The position numbers and the translations under genes were made by a program. The notes under the pieces were generated by a model. That model did no database searches. It had not been told where the DNA came from and worked only from the letters and a program-made list of their open reading frames with translations. Shown here piece after piece: positions 37,517 through 48,317 of a stretch of 64,000 nucleotides of DNA. The first letter of the stretch is position 1; each line of letters opens with the position of its first letter. The DNA comes from Neovahlkampfia damariscottae (lineage: Eukaryota): NCBI GenBank assembly GCA_016618085.1, contig JABLTG010000102.1, positions 1 through 64,000 of the forward strand, read 5' to 3'.

Positions 37517-38004
37517 TTAATAATTTGATATTATGACAGGTGTTTTAATTTCTTCAGTTTTTATTTTTTTGCTTGGTGATTCTTCTTCTTCTTCTCTTTT
37601 TCTTTTTTTATGCTCTTTTTCGTTTACATTTTCTTTTAAATTGAAGATTGAATGAGCTCTTAAAATATGTTTTTAATATTTAATTTTTGTTTTACTTGTC
37701 ATCATTTTCAAAATCGATTTGATGAATATCCATTGTTGGAGGAAGAAATTCACTTCCTTCTATCAGTGGTTTTAATTTCGAATTTGATTTGAATATTTTT
37801 TTATGTTCTTCATTTAATTCAAATCCAGGAATATCTGATATATAATCTGTTATTGAATGAGAAGTTGTATTAAACTCTTCTGAAAAATTTTGAAGTTTTT
37901 TCGTTGGAGCTTCAACTGTCTTTGATTTTGATTTTATTTGAGACACTATAACAATTAGAATACATTTTTTTTGACATACGTATGGAGTTATGAAGATATG
38001 ACAT
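37517..38004 (-). CDS. Small nuclear protein, possibly Mediator MED19-like
   Basis: Three exons. SITDYISDIPG...LKPLIE...FNLKE plus a basic tail HKKRKREEEESPSKKIK, reminiscent of MED19. Confidence 0.5.
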
Positions 38005-38115
38005 TATACTTCTTCCTTCGTCTTTTGCTGCTCAAAAAAAAAAAAATCAACCCAAAATTTGATTGGGTCTTTCTCCGTAATAGAAAAAAAAAAAAATTCC
38101 AGAGGATTTTAGAAC

Positions 38116-38452
38116 TTAAACATTTACTTTTTTTATTAAAGTTATATTATCACCTCTCAACATAATTCTACCAACTTGTCTAATGTTTCCATTTTTATGA
38201 ACTTCTGACGCGTCATCAAGTACTAAATTCATGTATTCATCAAAACCAACAATAACTCCTTCAATTTTTAAATCTTTATTTTCGTATAACCAAATTTGAA
38301 TTCTATTTTTCTTTTAAAAAAAAAGTTAAAAAAAAAAAAATGACGTACAGCAGTCAAATGATTAAAAATCAAATGCTATGGGAGTATTTTAGAATTTAAA
38401 AAGTTCTTACAATTGGTTGTGTCATTATTTTTTGTAGTTTTGTTTTTTGCAT
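38116..38452 (-). CDS. SNRPE: Spliceosomal Sm protein E
   Basis: [14 protein letters not shown]...[32 protein letters not shown]...[13 protein letters not shown]; two introns. Absent from the ORF track. Confidence 0.95.
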
Positions 38453-38481
38453 TTTTGTTGTTTGTTGAGTTGTAGCTGTTG

Positions 38482-39053
38482 ATGATTGGTCGAAATTTAA
38501 AACGAAAATTTACAACGAACATTAAAAAAAAAATAAAAATTGGACAACAAGATACAATAAAGAAAATATTTACTGAAGAAGACTTGATCACTTTCTCAAA
38601 ACTGTCTTATGACACAAATCCTCTTCATTTTTCAGACAAATTTGCCAAAGAACAAGTAAAAAAGCTAAATAGAGATATTTTAATATAAAAAGGGTATATT
38701 TAAAGCAAGAATAGTTCATGGAGCTCTTTTAGGTGGTTTAATAAGTGGCATTGCAGTTTTTTTTTTTTTTCAAATTAATTTTTCATTAGGGTAAACGACT
38801 TGAACACAAGAAAATTTAAATTTTTTCAGGCACTAAATTTCCAGGCCCTGGTAGTATTTACATGGGTCAAACTTACAAATTCTTGAAACCTGCTTATCTG
38901 AATGAAGAAATAGAAGCAGTTGTAACTTTTACAAAAGCCAGACCTGAAAAAAAAATTTATTTTTTTGATACTATTTGTAAAAACTCAAAAAATGAAATTC
39001 TATTGACAGGAGAAGCAGTTGTATATCATCCTGATATTGAAATTATTGAATAA
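38482..39053 (+). CDS. MaoC-like (R)-hydratase / hydroxyacyl-thioester dehydratase, probably mitochondrial
   Basis: FSKLSYDTNPLH, RIVHGALL, GTKFPGPGSIYMGQTYKFLKP. Introns 38656-38691, 38756-38789 and 38791-38829, with a 1-nt exon at 38790. Confidence 0.9.
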
Positions 39054-39243
39054 AACTTGGAATTGTAATGAAAATAAAAAAGTAAATTTAGATTCAAGTG
39101 ATGTTTTACGTTATTAATTTGATGGAGATGTGGATTTTTCTGTTTTGATTCATTTCAATTTGTGTTTTTTTGATTTTTAATTTATTGGTCAATTATCGAC
39201 CAATTATATCATTTCACCAGGGTATTTTTATTTTGTGCATAAA

Positions 39244-40648
39244 ATGTCCACTAACGAAGAAAAAAAGAAAAGAGATTTTGAGGATGCTTTCTTTGAAGAC
39301 AGTAGTTCATTAGGTCCTTCAAAAAAGATTTCAACAAATCAAAATTCAAGTAGTTATTAAATTTAAAAATTAATTTTTAATTTTTTTTTCAGACGATTCA
39401 AAAAGTTATAACGAAACAGAAAACCGTAACTTTGTTTTTAAATTATCAGACAACGATATAAAATTGGACGCAGATCCTTCAGACACTCTAAAAATCGAAG
39501 AGTTCTTAAAAGAACCTACAAACAACGAAACTATTTCTATACAACCAAAAAGTCTCTCAAAATTTAATATGTCAACTGTTTCATATCCTGGTTTAAATTT
39601 CAGATCACAACCAAATTCAAGTTTTCAACATAAGATTTTATCCCAATCATTAATGAATAGAGTTCAACAACCATATGAACATAAGAAAATGACAACATTA
39701 ACAAAATCAATAGCACCTAATCCAAATTTACCTAAACAACCAATTACATTATCAACTGTACCAAAATCAACGATTACCATTCCAACAACAACTACAACAA
39801 CCACAACAACAAGTAATTCACAAACTACAAAAAAACCATCAAAAAAAAGTTCAGAAATTGATGAAGATGATGATGATTCATATTTCAGTGTTCCAATTTC
39901 ACACCCAAAACCTGTAAAGATTTCAGAAGGCAATGATTTATGTACTTACATTGATATTACAAATTTTATAAAATCATTAAGAGAAGGTTTAACAAGTGGA
40001 AATACAACAAGAAATTATTTACAAAAATCTCATCATAAAATTTGGATACCAGTTACACTAACATCAAATTCTTTAAAAACAGGAATTTATTTAACAATTG
40101 ATTTCATTTATAATGGAACAAATGTAAAATCAATGGTTTTTCCAATTTTAACAGACTCAGAAGATAAAATTGGTGCAGAAGTTGATTTTGATCTGACAAC
40201 AGAAAAATGTAAAATTTTAATTTGTTTTAATCCATTAAAAATAGTTTTCTTACAAAAAAGACTTTATCATATTCAATTTACATGTCAAGATTTAAGAGTT
40301 TTAAGTCCTGAATTTTCAATTGTAAATCTTCAACAATTTACAAAAACAAAAAAACGAAGATCTGTTAACACAACAATTAATTTGGAAGGTGTTTTTCCTG
40401 AAAAGGTTTCTTCAAATGGAGGAGAATTTATTGCATTGTATTTTAAAGAAATATTTTCAACTTTAGAACATATTTTAATTGGAAATATTGAAGTTAAAAT
40501 TCTTCATCAAGGTTCTAATAATTCAACTCATTTTCCATCTGCAAGACATATGATTTTAGTTGAAGTTCCACCACATCCAAAATCAGATGTGAAAATTGTT
40601 ATTTCAACATCAACTGATTCAGCTGCAACTAATTTCACATTTTACTAA
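39244..40648 (+). CDS. Putative transcription factor with a C-terminal IPT/TIG domain
   Basis: Basic N-terminus, low-complexity middle, beta-rich domain, KTKKRRS, then IPT-like VFPEKVSSNGGEFIALY...VEVPPH...NFTFY; one intron. Confidence 0.6.
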
Positions 40649-40669
40649 ATAAAACTTCTTTTTTGTTTT

Positions 40670-41590
40670 TTATTCATCAATTTGGTTCTTCAAGAGTCCT
40701 TTGATTACTAAATAATGATGATTCAATGATGAAATTGAATGGATGTAATATTTTGAACCTAAACCACCAAATGTTGGATTTGGAACACCGTAGAATACTC
40801 TATTGATTCTAGAGTGTATCAATGCCATTGAGCACCTGATCAATGAAAATTAATTTTTTTTTTTTTTACATTGCACAAGGTTCATGAGTTATGTATAAAT
40901 CTAGACCAGTGCACAAATAGAGATCATCATTAATTTTCCTCTTTTTATTATTTCTTTCTAAAATTGAAACATTTTGAATGACCATCATTGTGGTATGATG
41001 TAAAGGATGATTTAAAGATTCATCAAATGATTTTGCAATGATTTCATTTGTTTTTGGATTTACAATGACAGCACCTTTTTTACTTTCATTTTTTTTTGCA
41101 AAATCTATTGCTATTTTCATATATTCTTCTGATTTTTCAATTTCTTCTTTTGATAATGATGAAATGTAATTTTCTAAAAATCTAAATTTTTCATGCATCG
41201 GTTTTGAAAAAGGCCAAATTGAACTGAACTTTTTAAAATCAACTGAATTTGAAACTTCATTTGAAGGTACTTTTGATATTATTAAACTTGATTTTTTAAT
41301 GTCAAATTCTTCTAAAACTGATGAATATTTATCAAGTTCAGTTTCTTCAAATAATAAAATATAATGACCATCTTTTTTTTTAAAATATATTTTGTTGTAC
41401 CTTTTTCTTTTTTTACTCTTTTCAAATGAGATAAATTGTTTGTTGGTATTTTTTCTTTCATCACTTGTAAGAATCTTGAAATATTTTTGGGTTCAATTTT
41501 TGCAATATGCACATTTTTGAGAGTCACACTTAATAAATCAACAGGATTAACAACTAACTCTAACTTCTCATGACTCATGTTTTCTTCCAT
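40670..41590 (-). CDS. ADAT3: tRNA adenosine-34 deaminase non-catalytic subunit
   Basis: LSHLKRVKK, IWP, HPLHHTTM, YLCTGLDLYITHEPCAMCSMALIHSRI, LNHHY; two introns. Confidence 0.92.
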
Positions 41591-41652
41591 TTGATAAAAA
41601 CTCTTTTGATTTGTTAGGAAAAAAAAAAGAAAATTTGTTGAAAAAAAAAAAC

Positions 41653-43141
41653 TTATTGTTTCCATTGATATGTTTGATTTCTAAGCATATTATAATCTAA
41701 AGCCCATAAAGCTTTACCAATTGAACAAATAAATGGATCTTGATCAAAGATATATTTTTGAGCTACAGCCATAACTTGATCAGTTGTGATAGTATCAACT
41801 CTAGCAAACATTTCAGCAACTGAAGGTCTTCTTCCAAAGAATAAAATTTGTTTTCCAATTTCTTCACAAACATCATCTAAACGTCCTTCGTATTGACTTA
41901 AAATTTGATTTTTCAAAATATTCTTAGCTCTTTGTAAATCAGTTTCTTCAATTTTATAACAAAATTTAGCCATATGTGCAACAACTTCAGTATTTAAAGC
42001 TTCTGTTGGTATATCTTCACCATCTGAAACCATTTGAACACCAAAAAGACCTGTATCTGAATATGAATGGTTGAAAGATGAAATTGATCTTGCCCAATCA
42101 TTTTCAGCAACCATTGTACATAATGAAGAATGAATATGTTTTCCAGCACCTGTTGAAATATCCCATGAACCTAATAAAATTTGTAAAATATTTACGGATA
42201 ACATATCAGCTGAATGTAAAGAAGGACCTTCAAATCCAATTGCTTGGTATAAAAGTGGTATGTTTTTATCGAATAATTTTACTTCTGTTCCAATGTATTT
42301 TGGTTCTGATGTTGCACCAACTGCTTTACTTGGTAATCTTGAAAATAACTTCTTTGCTAATTCTGTTAATTTTGTGTGGTCAACTTCACCAACTCCTACT
42401 AAAATCATATTTGGTGCTGTATAATAAGCATCTCTATAATCAATCATATCTTGTCTTTTTAATCCTTTAATATTTTTTTTTGGTCCTAAAATTGTATGAC
42501 CTAAACTTGATTGTTGATAACAAGCTTGATGAATTTCATCAAATAAAACTTCTTCAAGATTTGTATTAACTTCTTCTTGTTCTCTTAAAATTGTGCTTCT
42601 TTCAGCTTCAATATCTTCAACTGTAATTTTGGAGTTGAGTAAAACATCAGCCAATGAATCAACAGATCTTTCAATATCATTTTGAAGACAATGTGATGTA
42701 AAACATGTATATTCTCTTGCTGTATGTGCATTCATTTGTGCTCCTGCCATTTCATATTCAATTTCAAGTTGTTCAGCTGTTCTTGAAGGTGTACCTTTAA
42801 AGTACATGTGTTCTAAAAAGTGAGCAACTCCATTGTTCATTGAATTTTCTTGTCTACTTCCTGCTTTAATGAAAACACCAACTGAAGCTGTTTCTCCTTT
42901 TCTTTGTTCTGTTATAACACGGAAACCATTTTCCAAAGTTGAAATTTGTGTAGGTGGTACTTTTTTAAGTACACTTGGAAAATTATAACTTGGAACTTCT
43001 TTTATTTCAGAAGAAATAAATTCTGTTGTGTAAAATTTTTTTAATGTTGAATTCTTTTTTTTTGAATAAAAAAATTAAAATATTTTCTTTGTTTACTTTT
43101 TTGAAAGTTTTAAGAGGTTGTTTGATGAGACTTCTGAACAT
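41653..43141 (-). CDS. PMPCB: Mitochondrial processing peptidase beta subunit (M16)
   Basis: Basic presequence, NNGVAHFLEHMYFKGT, NAHTARE, SYSDTGLFG; one intron. Confidence 0.92.
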
Positions 43142-43360
43142 TTTTTTTATCTCCTTCACCTTTTTGTTTAAAGACTTTATAAACCAATCAAACTTGAGAG
43201 TGCAATTCATTGGTTTGTTTTTTATTCAAAAAAAAAAATTTTCCGTTAAAAAAATTCACACTTGTTAATAGAAAAAATTAGAAAAAAAAAAAAACAAAAA
43301 GAATAAATTTTTCAGACGTCTGCACTTGTAACCAATCAAACTATTTTTCGTTGTTTTGAT

Positions 43361-44788
43361 ATGAAGGAGAAAGTTATTACACGGTGGAGGAATCCTGAAA
43401 ATTTTGATGTATCAATCAACCAAGATGATATAGAACGTAAAATCCGTAGAAAAAAACCCAAAACAGCAGAAGAAAAACTACAAACAGAAACCAAAGAAAA
43501 ATCAGAAGAAAATTCGAAAGGAAAGAAAGAAAAAGAAAGCAAACAAAAAAAGTCAGGGAATAAAAAACAAGAAATTGAAAATGAAATACTGGCAGTTGAC
43601 CAAAATGTAAAATTTGAAAAAGAAAACGACAAGAATAAAGCAACAAAAGTTGATAAAGATGAAACAAAACAGGAGAAAGAAATTAAATCAAAAACAAATG
43701 ACAAAACTGTTACAGAAGAAGAAAAAAAAAAATTAAATTTCAAAATACCAAAAAAGAAGAAACAAGAAAATTCACAAGGACAAATTACACCTGAGTCTAT
43801 AACACAATCACAACCTTCAATCCAAAAACCACCACCACCACCACTACCACAATTTCAACAAAAAATTATTCCACACTCAAATTACCAACAACCAAAAAGA
43901 TCTTATTCAAGAGAATCTACACCTGAATCATATCGTCATTATCGTAGAAGTCCTGATAATTATTCAAAAAAGTACATTCAACGAGGTGATTCAACACCTG
44001 AAAGAGGTAGAGTTGGCAACTCAACACCTGAAAGATATATCAAAAGAGATTACAGATCAGAAAATAGATATTCTTCTTCATATCAAAAAAGAAAAACTTA
44101 TAATGATCGTGATGATAGTTATAGTCCAAGACCAAAATACAATAGAAGAACATCATATGATTCTAGGACTTCTTCATCACCAAGAAGATATTCATCATCA
44201 CCAAATACAAAATCAAATACCAAAGAAAAGTTGAACGAAAGTACAGATAAATTAGATACCAAAGAAAAATTAGAAGCTTATATCCAAAAAGAAAAAAAAC
44301 TTTATGAATCAGAACCAAGTTTTGAAGAATTGTACGAACCTTTTAAGAATCATATCAGACCATATCAATCATTTTTGAAACCATATTCTCAGGATATTAC
44401 AAATTTTCAAATTGAAGAAGTTTTTGTTGCAACAAGTTTTCAAAGAGTTTCACCAATCAGAAAACGTGAAACATCACCAAATGTAAAATCAATAACATCA
44501 CCAATATCATCATCACCTTTAAGTCAAGAGTATCGTCAACAAGACTCAGAAGAAAAAAAAGAATTAAAAAAAAAAATTAGTGAAATTATTTCAAAGACAC
44601 TAAAGAGATTTTTGGATGATGGGAAAATTGAAACAAAAGATGAATTTAAAAATATTTGTAGAAAATTAACACAAAAAATTGCTGAAAGAGAAAAAATGGA
44701 AAATTTACAAAAACCTGAAACACAAAAGAAGATCAAAAAATTTGCAGAAAATTATATCGAAGAAAAAAAGTTCAAAAAAAGCAAATAA
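43361..44788 (+). CDS. RS/low-complexity protein with a C-terminal SRI (Set2-Rpb1 interacting) domain
   Basis: KKKISEIISKTLKRF...GKIETKDEFKNICRKLTQKIAERE...KKIKKFAENYI matches the SRI pattern; no SET domain. Confidence 0.7.
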   Translation: MKEKVITRWRNPENFDVSINQDDIERKIRRKKPKTAEEKLQTETKEKSEENSKGKKEKESKQKKSGNKKQEIENEILAVDQNVKFEKENDKNKATKVDKDETKQEKEIKSKTNDKTVTEEEKKKLNFKIPKKKKQENSQGQITPESITQSQPSIQKPPPPPLPQFQQKIIPHSNYQQPKRSYSRESTPESYRHYRRSPDNYSKKYIQRGDSTPERGRVGNSTPERYIKRDYRSENRYSSSYQKRKTYNDRDDSYSPRPKYNRRTSYDSRTSSSPRRYSSSPNTKSNTKEKLNESTDKLDTKEKLEAYIQKEKKLYESEPSFEELYEPFKNHIRPYQSFLKPYSQDITNFQIEEVFVATSFQRVSPIRKRETSPNVKSITSPISSSPLSQEYRQQDSEEKKELKKKISEIISKTLKRFLDDGKIETKDEFKNICRKLTQKIAEREKMENLQKPETQKKIKKFAENYIEEKKFKKSK

Positions 44789-44956
44789 ATTAATCCAAAC
44801 CCAAAACTAAAAAGTTTTATTTCTTCCAAACCCAGAAATTAAATATTTAACATGTTCATTTTTTCATTCTTCAAATTTTAAAAGAAGAGAGAGACAGAGA
44901 GACACATGAAGATAAATTATAAAATAAAAACATTTATTGACTTGAATCAAGTTTCA

Positions 44957-45974
44957 TTAAAAACATGATTTGTCTAAATCATCGAAATAAGGATGTGATA
45001 AAGCAGCTTTTGCTGAAATTCTTTGACTTGGTTCATAAACCAACATTTTTTCAATTAAATCAATTCCATCTTCATCCATACCTTTCAATGTATCACTTAA
45101 TTTGATTCCTTTCCATGATGGAAAACTATTTTTATAATTTGGAAATGACGAAATACCTGACCATGTTTCTTCAGTTGGAGTTCCCAAAACTTGAAAGATT
45201 TTATAAAGTTGATCAATTTCAGAGTCACCAGCAAAAAGAGCGAATTGTGTCCACATTTCAGCAAAAATACATCCAATAGACCAAATGTCAACAGGTGTAC
45301 TGTAATGTTTACTTCCAAGAAGAATCTATGAAAAGGGTGTGAGTTTTGTTTTGAAAAGTTTACTTCAGGAGCACGATACCATAATGTAACAACTTCATGA
45401 GTATAAGTACGTACTGGAAGATTAAAAGCTCTTGCAAGACCAAAGTCAGCGAGTTTAATGTAACCATTCTTGTCAATTAAAAGGTTTTGAGGTTTTAAAT
45501 CACGATGGAGAACTCTATGGCAATGACAAAAAGCAATACCTATTTGAAAAAAAAAATTAAAAAAATTGTTGACAAAACCTTTGATAATTTGATACATGTA
45601 GGATTTGATTAAAATTCGGTCTAACATTTCTGTTTTCTTTCTTTTGAGGTCAATATATTGTTTCAAGTCATTGTCCAAATATTCAAAAACAAGGTAAATT
45701 TGCTTGTTGACATTAACAACATCATGAAGTCTGGAAAAAAAATTTAAAGGGTTTTTGAGGTTTCTTACAAAACAATGTTAGGATGAGCAAGTTCTTTTAA
45801 GAGTGAAATTTCTCTAATTGCTGTTCCTGGTACACCTTCATCTTCAAATAGACGGATTTTCTTGAGTGCAAGTAAAGCTCCTGTTGTATTATCTTTAGCT
45901 TTGTAGACTACACCATAAGTTCCTTCACCAAGTTTCTCGAGTTTTTGGTATTTTTGTAGTGAATTAGAGGACAT
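44957..45974 (-). CDS. CDK1: Cyclin-dependent kinase CDK1/2 (cdc2-like), PGTAIRE variant
   Basis: [66 protein letters not shown]; three introns. Confidence 0.92.
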
Positions 45975-45982
45975 GTTCAATA

Positions 45983-46099
45983 ATTGGTTAACCTAAAAGA
46001 TTCTTATTTATAAAAAATTAAACGGTTTTTTTTAGGCGCGTAAAAATTGATTGGGTAAGGGAAAAGGAGTAATAATTATTGGTCAGCTCTAGGCCCAAT
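45983..46099. promoter_or_regulatory. CDK promoter: Myb/MSA-like AACGG, E2F-like TTTAGGCGCG, four CCAAT boxes
   Basis: AACGG 46021-46025; TTTAGGCGCG 46031-46040; ATTGG/CCAAT at 45983, 46050, 46078 and 46095. Confidence 0.55.
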
Positions 46100-46697
46100 G
46101 AAAAATGATTTGTCTTTTCCAAACTTTTTTGCGATAGTTCAATGAACATGGATCATCTGAAACACGGAAAATATTTACCTATTTTATTATTTTTAACTAA
46201 TATTGATGATTTGTGTTGATGAATTTTGAATGTTTTTGTTGAAATGACAAAATTTCCAGAATTTTTAATGCAATTCAAAATTGGCAGGTGGAATTGTTGA
46301 TGTTTTGAAGTTAATTTTGAGACAAGAAAATAAAGTTCGTGAAAAATCAGCTGAGAATATTTGTCAATTTTTGATACCAAAATTTGAATCTGATAAATTT
46401 ATTGAATTTTTGATGGTTTTCATGAAACAACAGGAAAGAAATTGAGTAAAGAAATTAGAGAAGATCTTTTGTTATTTTTAGAAGAAAGAATTAAAGAATT
46501 TGAAGCTGAAAAATGGAATGGATCAGAAACGTTCAATTGATTCAGTTTCTGAAATATTTAAAAAGAATAAAGATTTATTATAGTAATGATAAATTAAAAA
46601 AACAAGTCACTTTTAATTGTTTAGATAGAACAAAAAATTTTCATAAAAATTTCGACGCCAATGATATCTTTTCAAACAGCAAATAAAAACCAAAAAA

Positions 46698-46816
46698 AGC
46701 TTACAACACTCCCGGTTCCCAGGTGGTCTCCCACCCTAGTACTAGGAGAGCCTGTAGGAGCTTAACTTCGCAAATCGGACGGGATGCGGTGTATTCTCCT
46801 AAGTATGGCCGTAAGC
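46698..46816 (-). rRNA. 5S rRNA
   Basis: Reverse complement GCTTACGGCCATAC...CCCGTCCGAT...GAAGTTAAGC...AGTACTAGGGTGGGAGACCACCTGGGAA...GTTGTAAGC. Paired ends, about 119 nt, followed by an oligo-T Pol III terminator. Confidence 0.97.
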
Positions 46817-46909
46817 GATATCTGTTATCAACAAGGCAAACTCATCCATATACAAAATGATACATCGGTTTTATGTCAAAAAAAGTTCTTAATTCATGTA
46901 AATCAAAAG

Positions 46910-48082
46910 ACTCAAATGAAGTCAACTTCTGATTTGAAACTAAATTACTTCATAAATAAGAATTTGATATTGTAAGTTTTTTTAACATTCATTATCGTTT
47001 CAAAGTAACTCTTTTGAAAACATTCAAAATCCCTATCTCCAATTGTCTTTTGATGATGTTGAATATCCAATCATTTTGGATTTAATTTCAATGATTGAAA
47101 AATCAACATTTTGTCATCTTTAAATTTATCCCAAATATATAAAAAAGTTGAATCATTATATTTCATACCAATTTTGATAATATCATTATCATATTTGATT
47201 GATTCTGGTGTTGAACTGAAGATAACCGGTAATTCATTTTCAAGGAAATAAATTCAATTTTCTCGGATGCTCATGATGTTTTTAGGGACATATTGCATCA
47301 TTCCAACATCCAAATATGCACATTTCATTAAAATTTCAAAATCAGTTTTCATATTATCTGACAACCTTGAGTAAATCTTTCCATTGGTTGGAATGATTAG
47401 TCGTTCAAATTCTTTTTTTGTCAAATTTCTTGTTGGAATATGAATATAAAAATAAGGATATGTTTTTAAAGCAATAATGATTAAATCTAAATTTCGCTTG
47501 AAAGTTTGATTCGCACCGCAAAGAATTTTTCCATTTCGCTCCACAGCCAATGTCAATATTTTTTCATCTCCTCTCAGGAAATATGGTATACATTGTTGGA
47601 TATTTTTTAATTACAATTCAACAATTTCCCGATTTCCCTTTTGGGACCAACTTAAAATAAGGTATGTCTTTGCGCTCGCTTCCAAAAATTCTGAAAGATT
47701 TTCCTGAATGGTTTCTTTTTTTATGTGATTCATCCAGAATGAATTCACGTTTTTTGTTGATTATAGTGCTTCAATGATAACTTCTTTATCATTTCTTACA
47801 TCTTTCTGAAGCAAAATGAATTGATCTTGGATTTTTTTTGACAGCTGATAGAATGATATCTCTATTATCATAAAATTGATTTGAAACAAATTGTAAAGCA
47901 TGTGGGTATTTTAAAATTGCCTCTTTTATGAATTGTTGATCTAGTTTATATAAATTTTTTTGGTAATGTTTAAACTCTATTGGATGTTTGGAAATAAGTA
48001 GTTTCATAACATCTTCGTCATATCTGAGGTTTTTCGGCATGGAGTTGTATTTGTAATTTTTCTCTTGAATATTTTTTAACAT
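46910..48082 (-). pseudogene. DUF4116-repeat protein pseudogene
   Basis: Repeats DQQFIKEAILKYPHALQFVSNQFYDNRDIILSAVKKNPRSIHFASE. Frameshift near 47800, in-frame TAA codons and further shifts. 3' limit approximate. Confidence 0.72.
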
Positions 48083-48317
48083 GTTTGTTTTTTGATTTTT
48101 GTGTTTTTCATTGTGATTCAGAATTTGTTTTTCCAGAAAGTTTTTTTACATATCATACAGGTGTATGGTGTCTTGTGAAAAATATGGTTTTTGGAGTGAT
48201 GGTTTGGAGAGTTGTTCTTGTTGCTATGGAGAATTTTGATTGGAGGGAACAATATGTAAAAGTAAAGATTAAGAAATTTCTAAATCAAAAAAGAAATTTA
48301 TTCCAAATTCAAACAAT

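Noticed and set aside
40985..41010. Missing catalytic Glu in the deaminase (HTTM)
   Set aside because: Expected for the ADAT3/Tad3 non-catalytic subunit.
46784..46975. 63-aa ORF overlapping the 5S gene
   Set aside because: Antisense to the 5S rRNA 5' end; no protein features.
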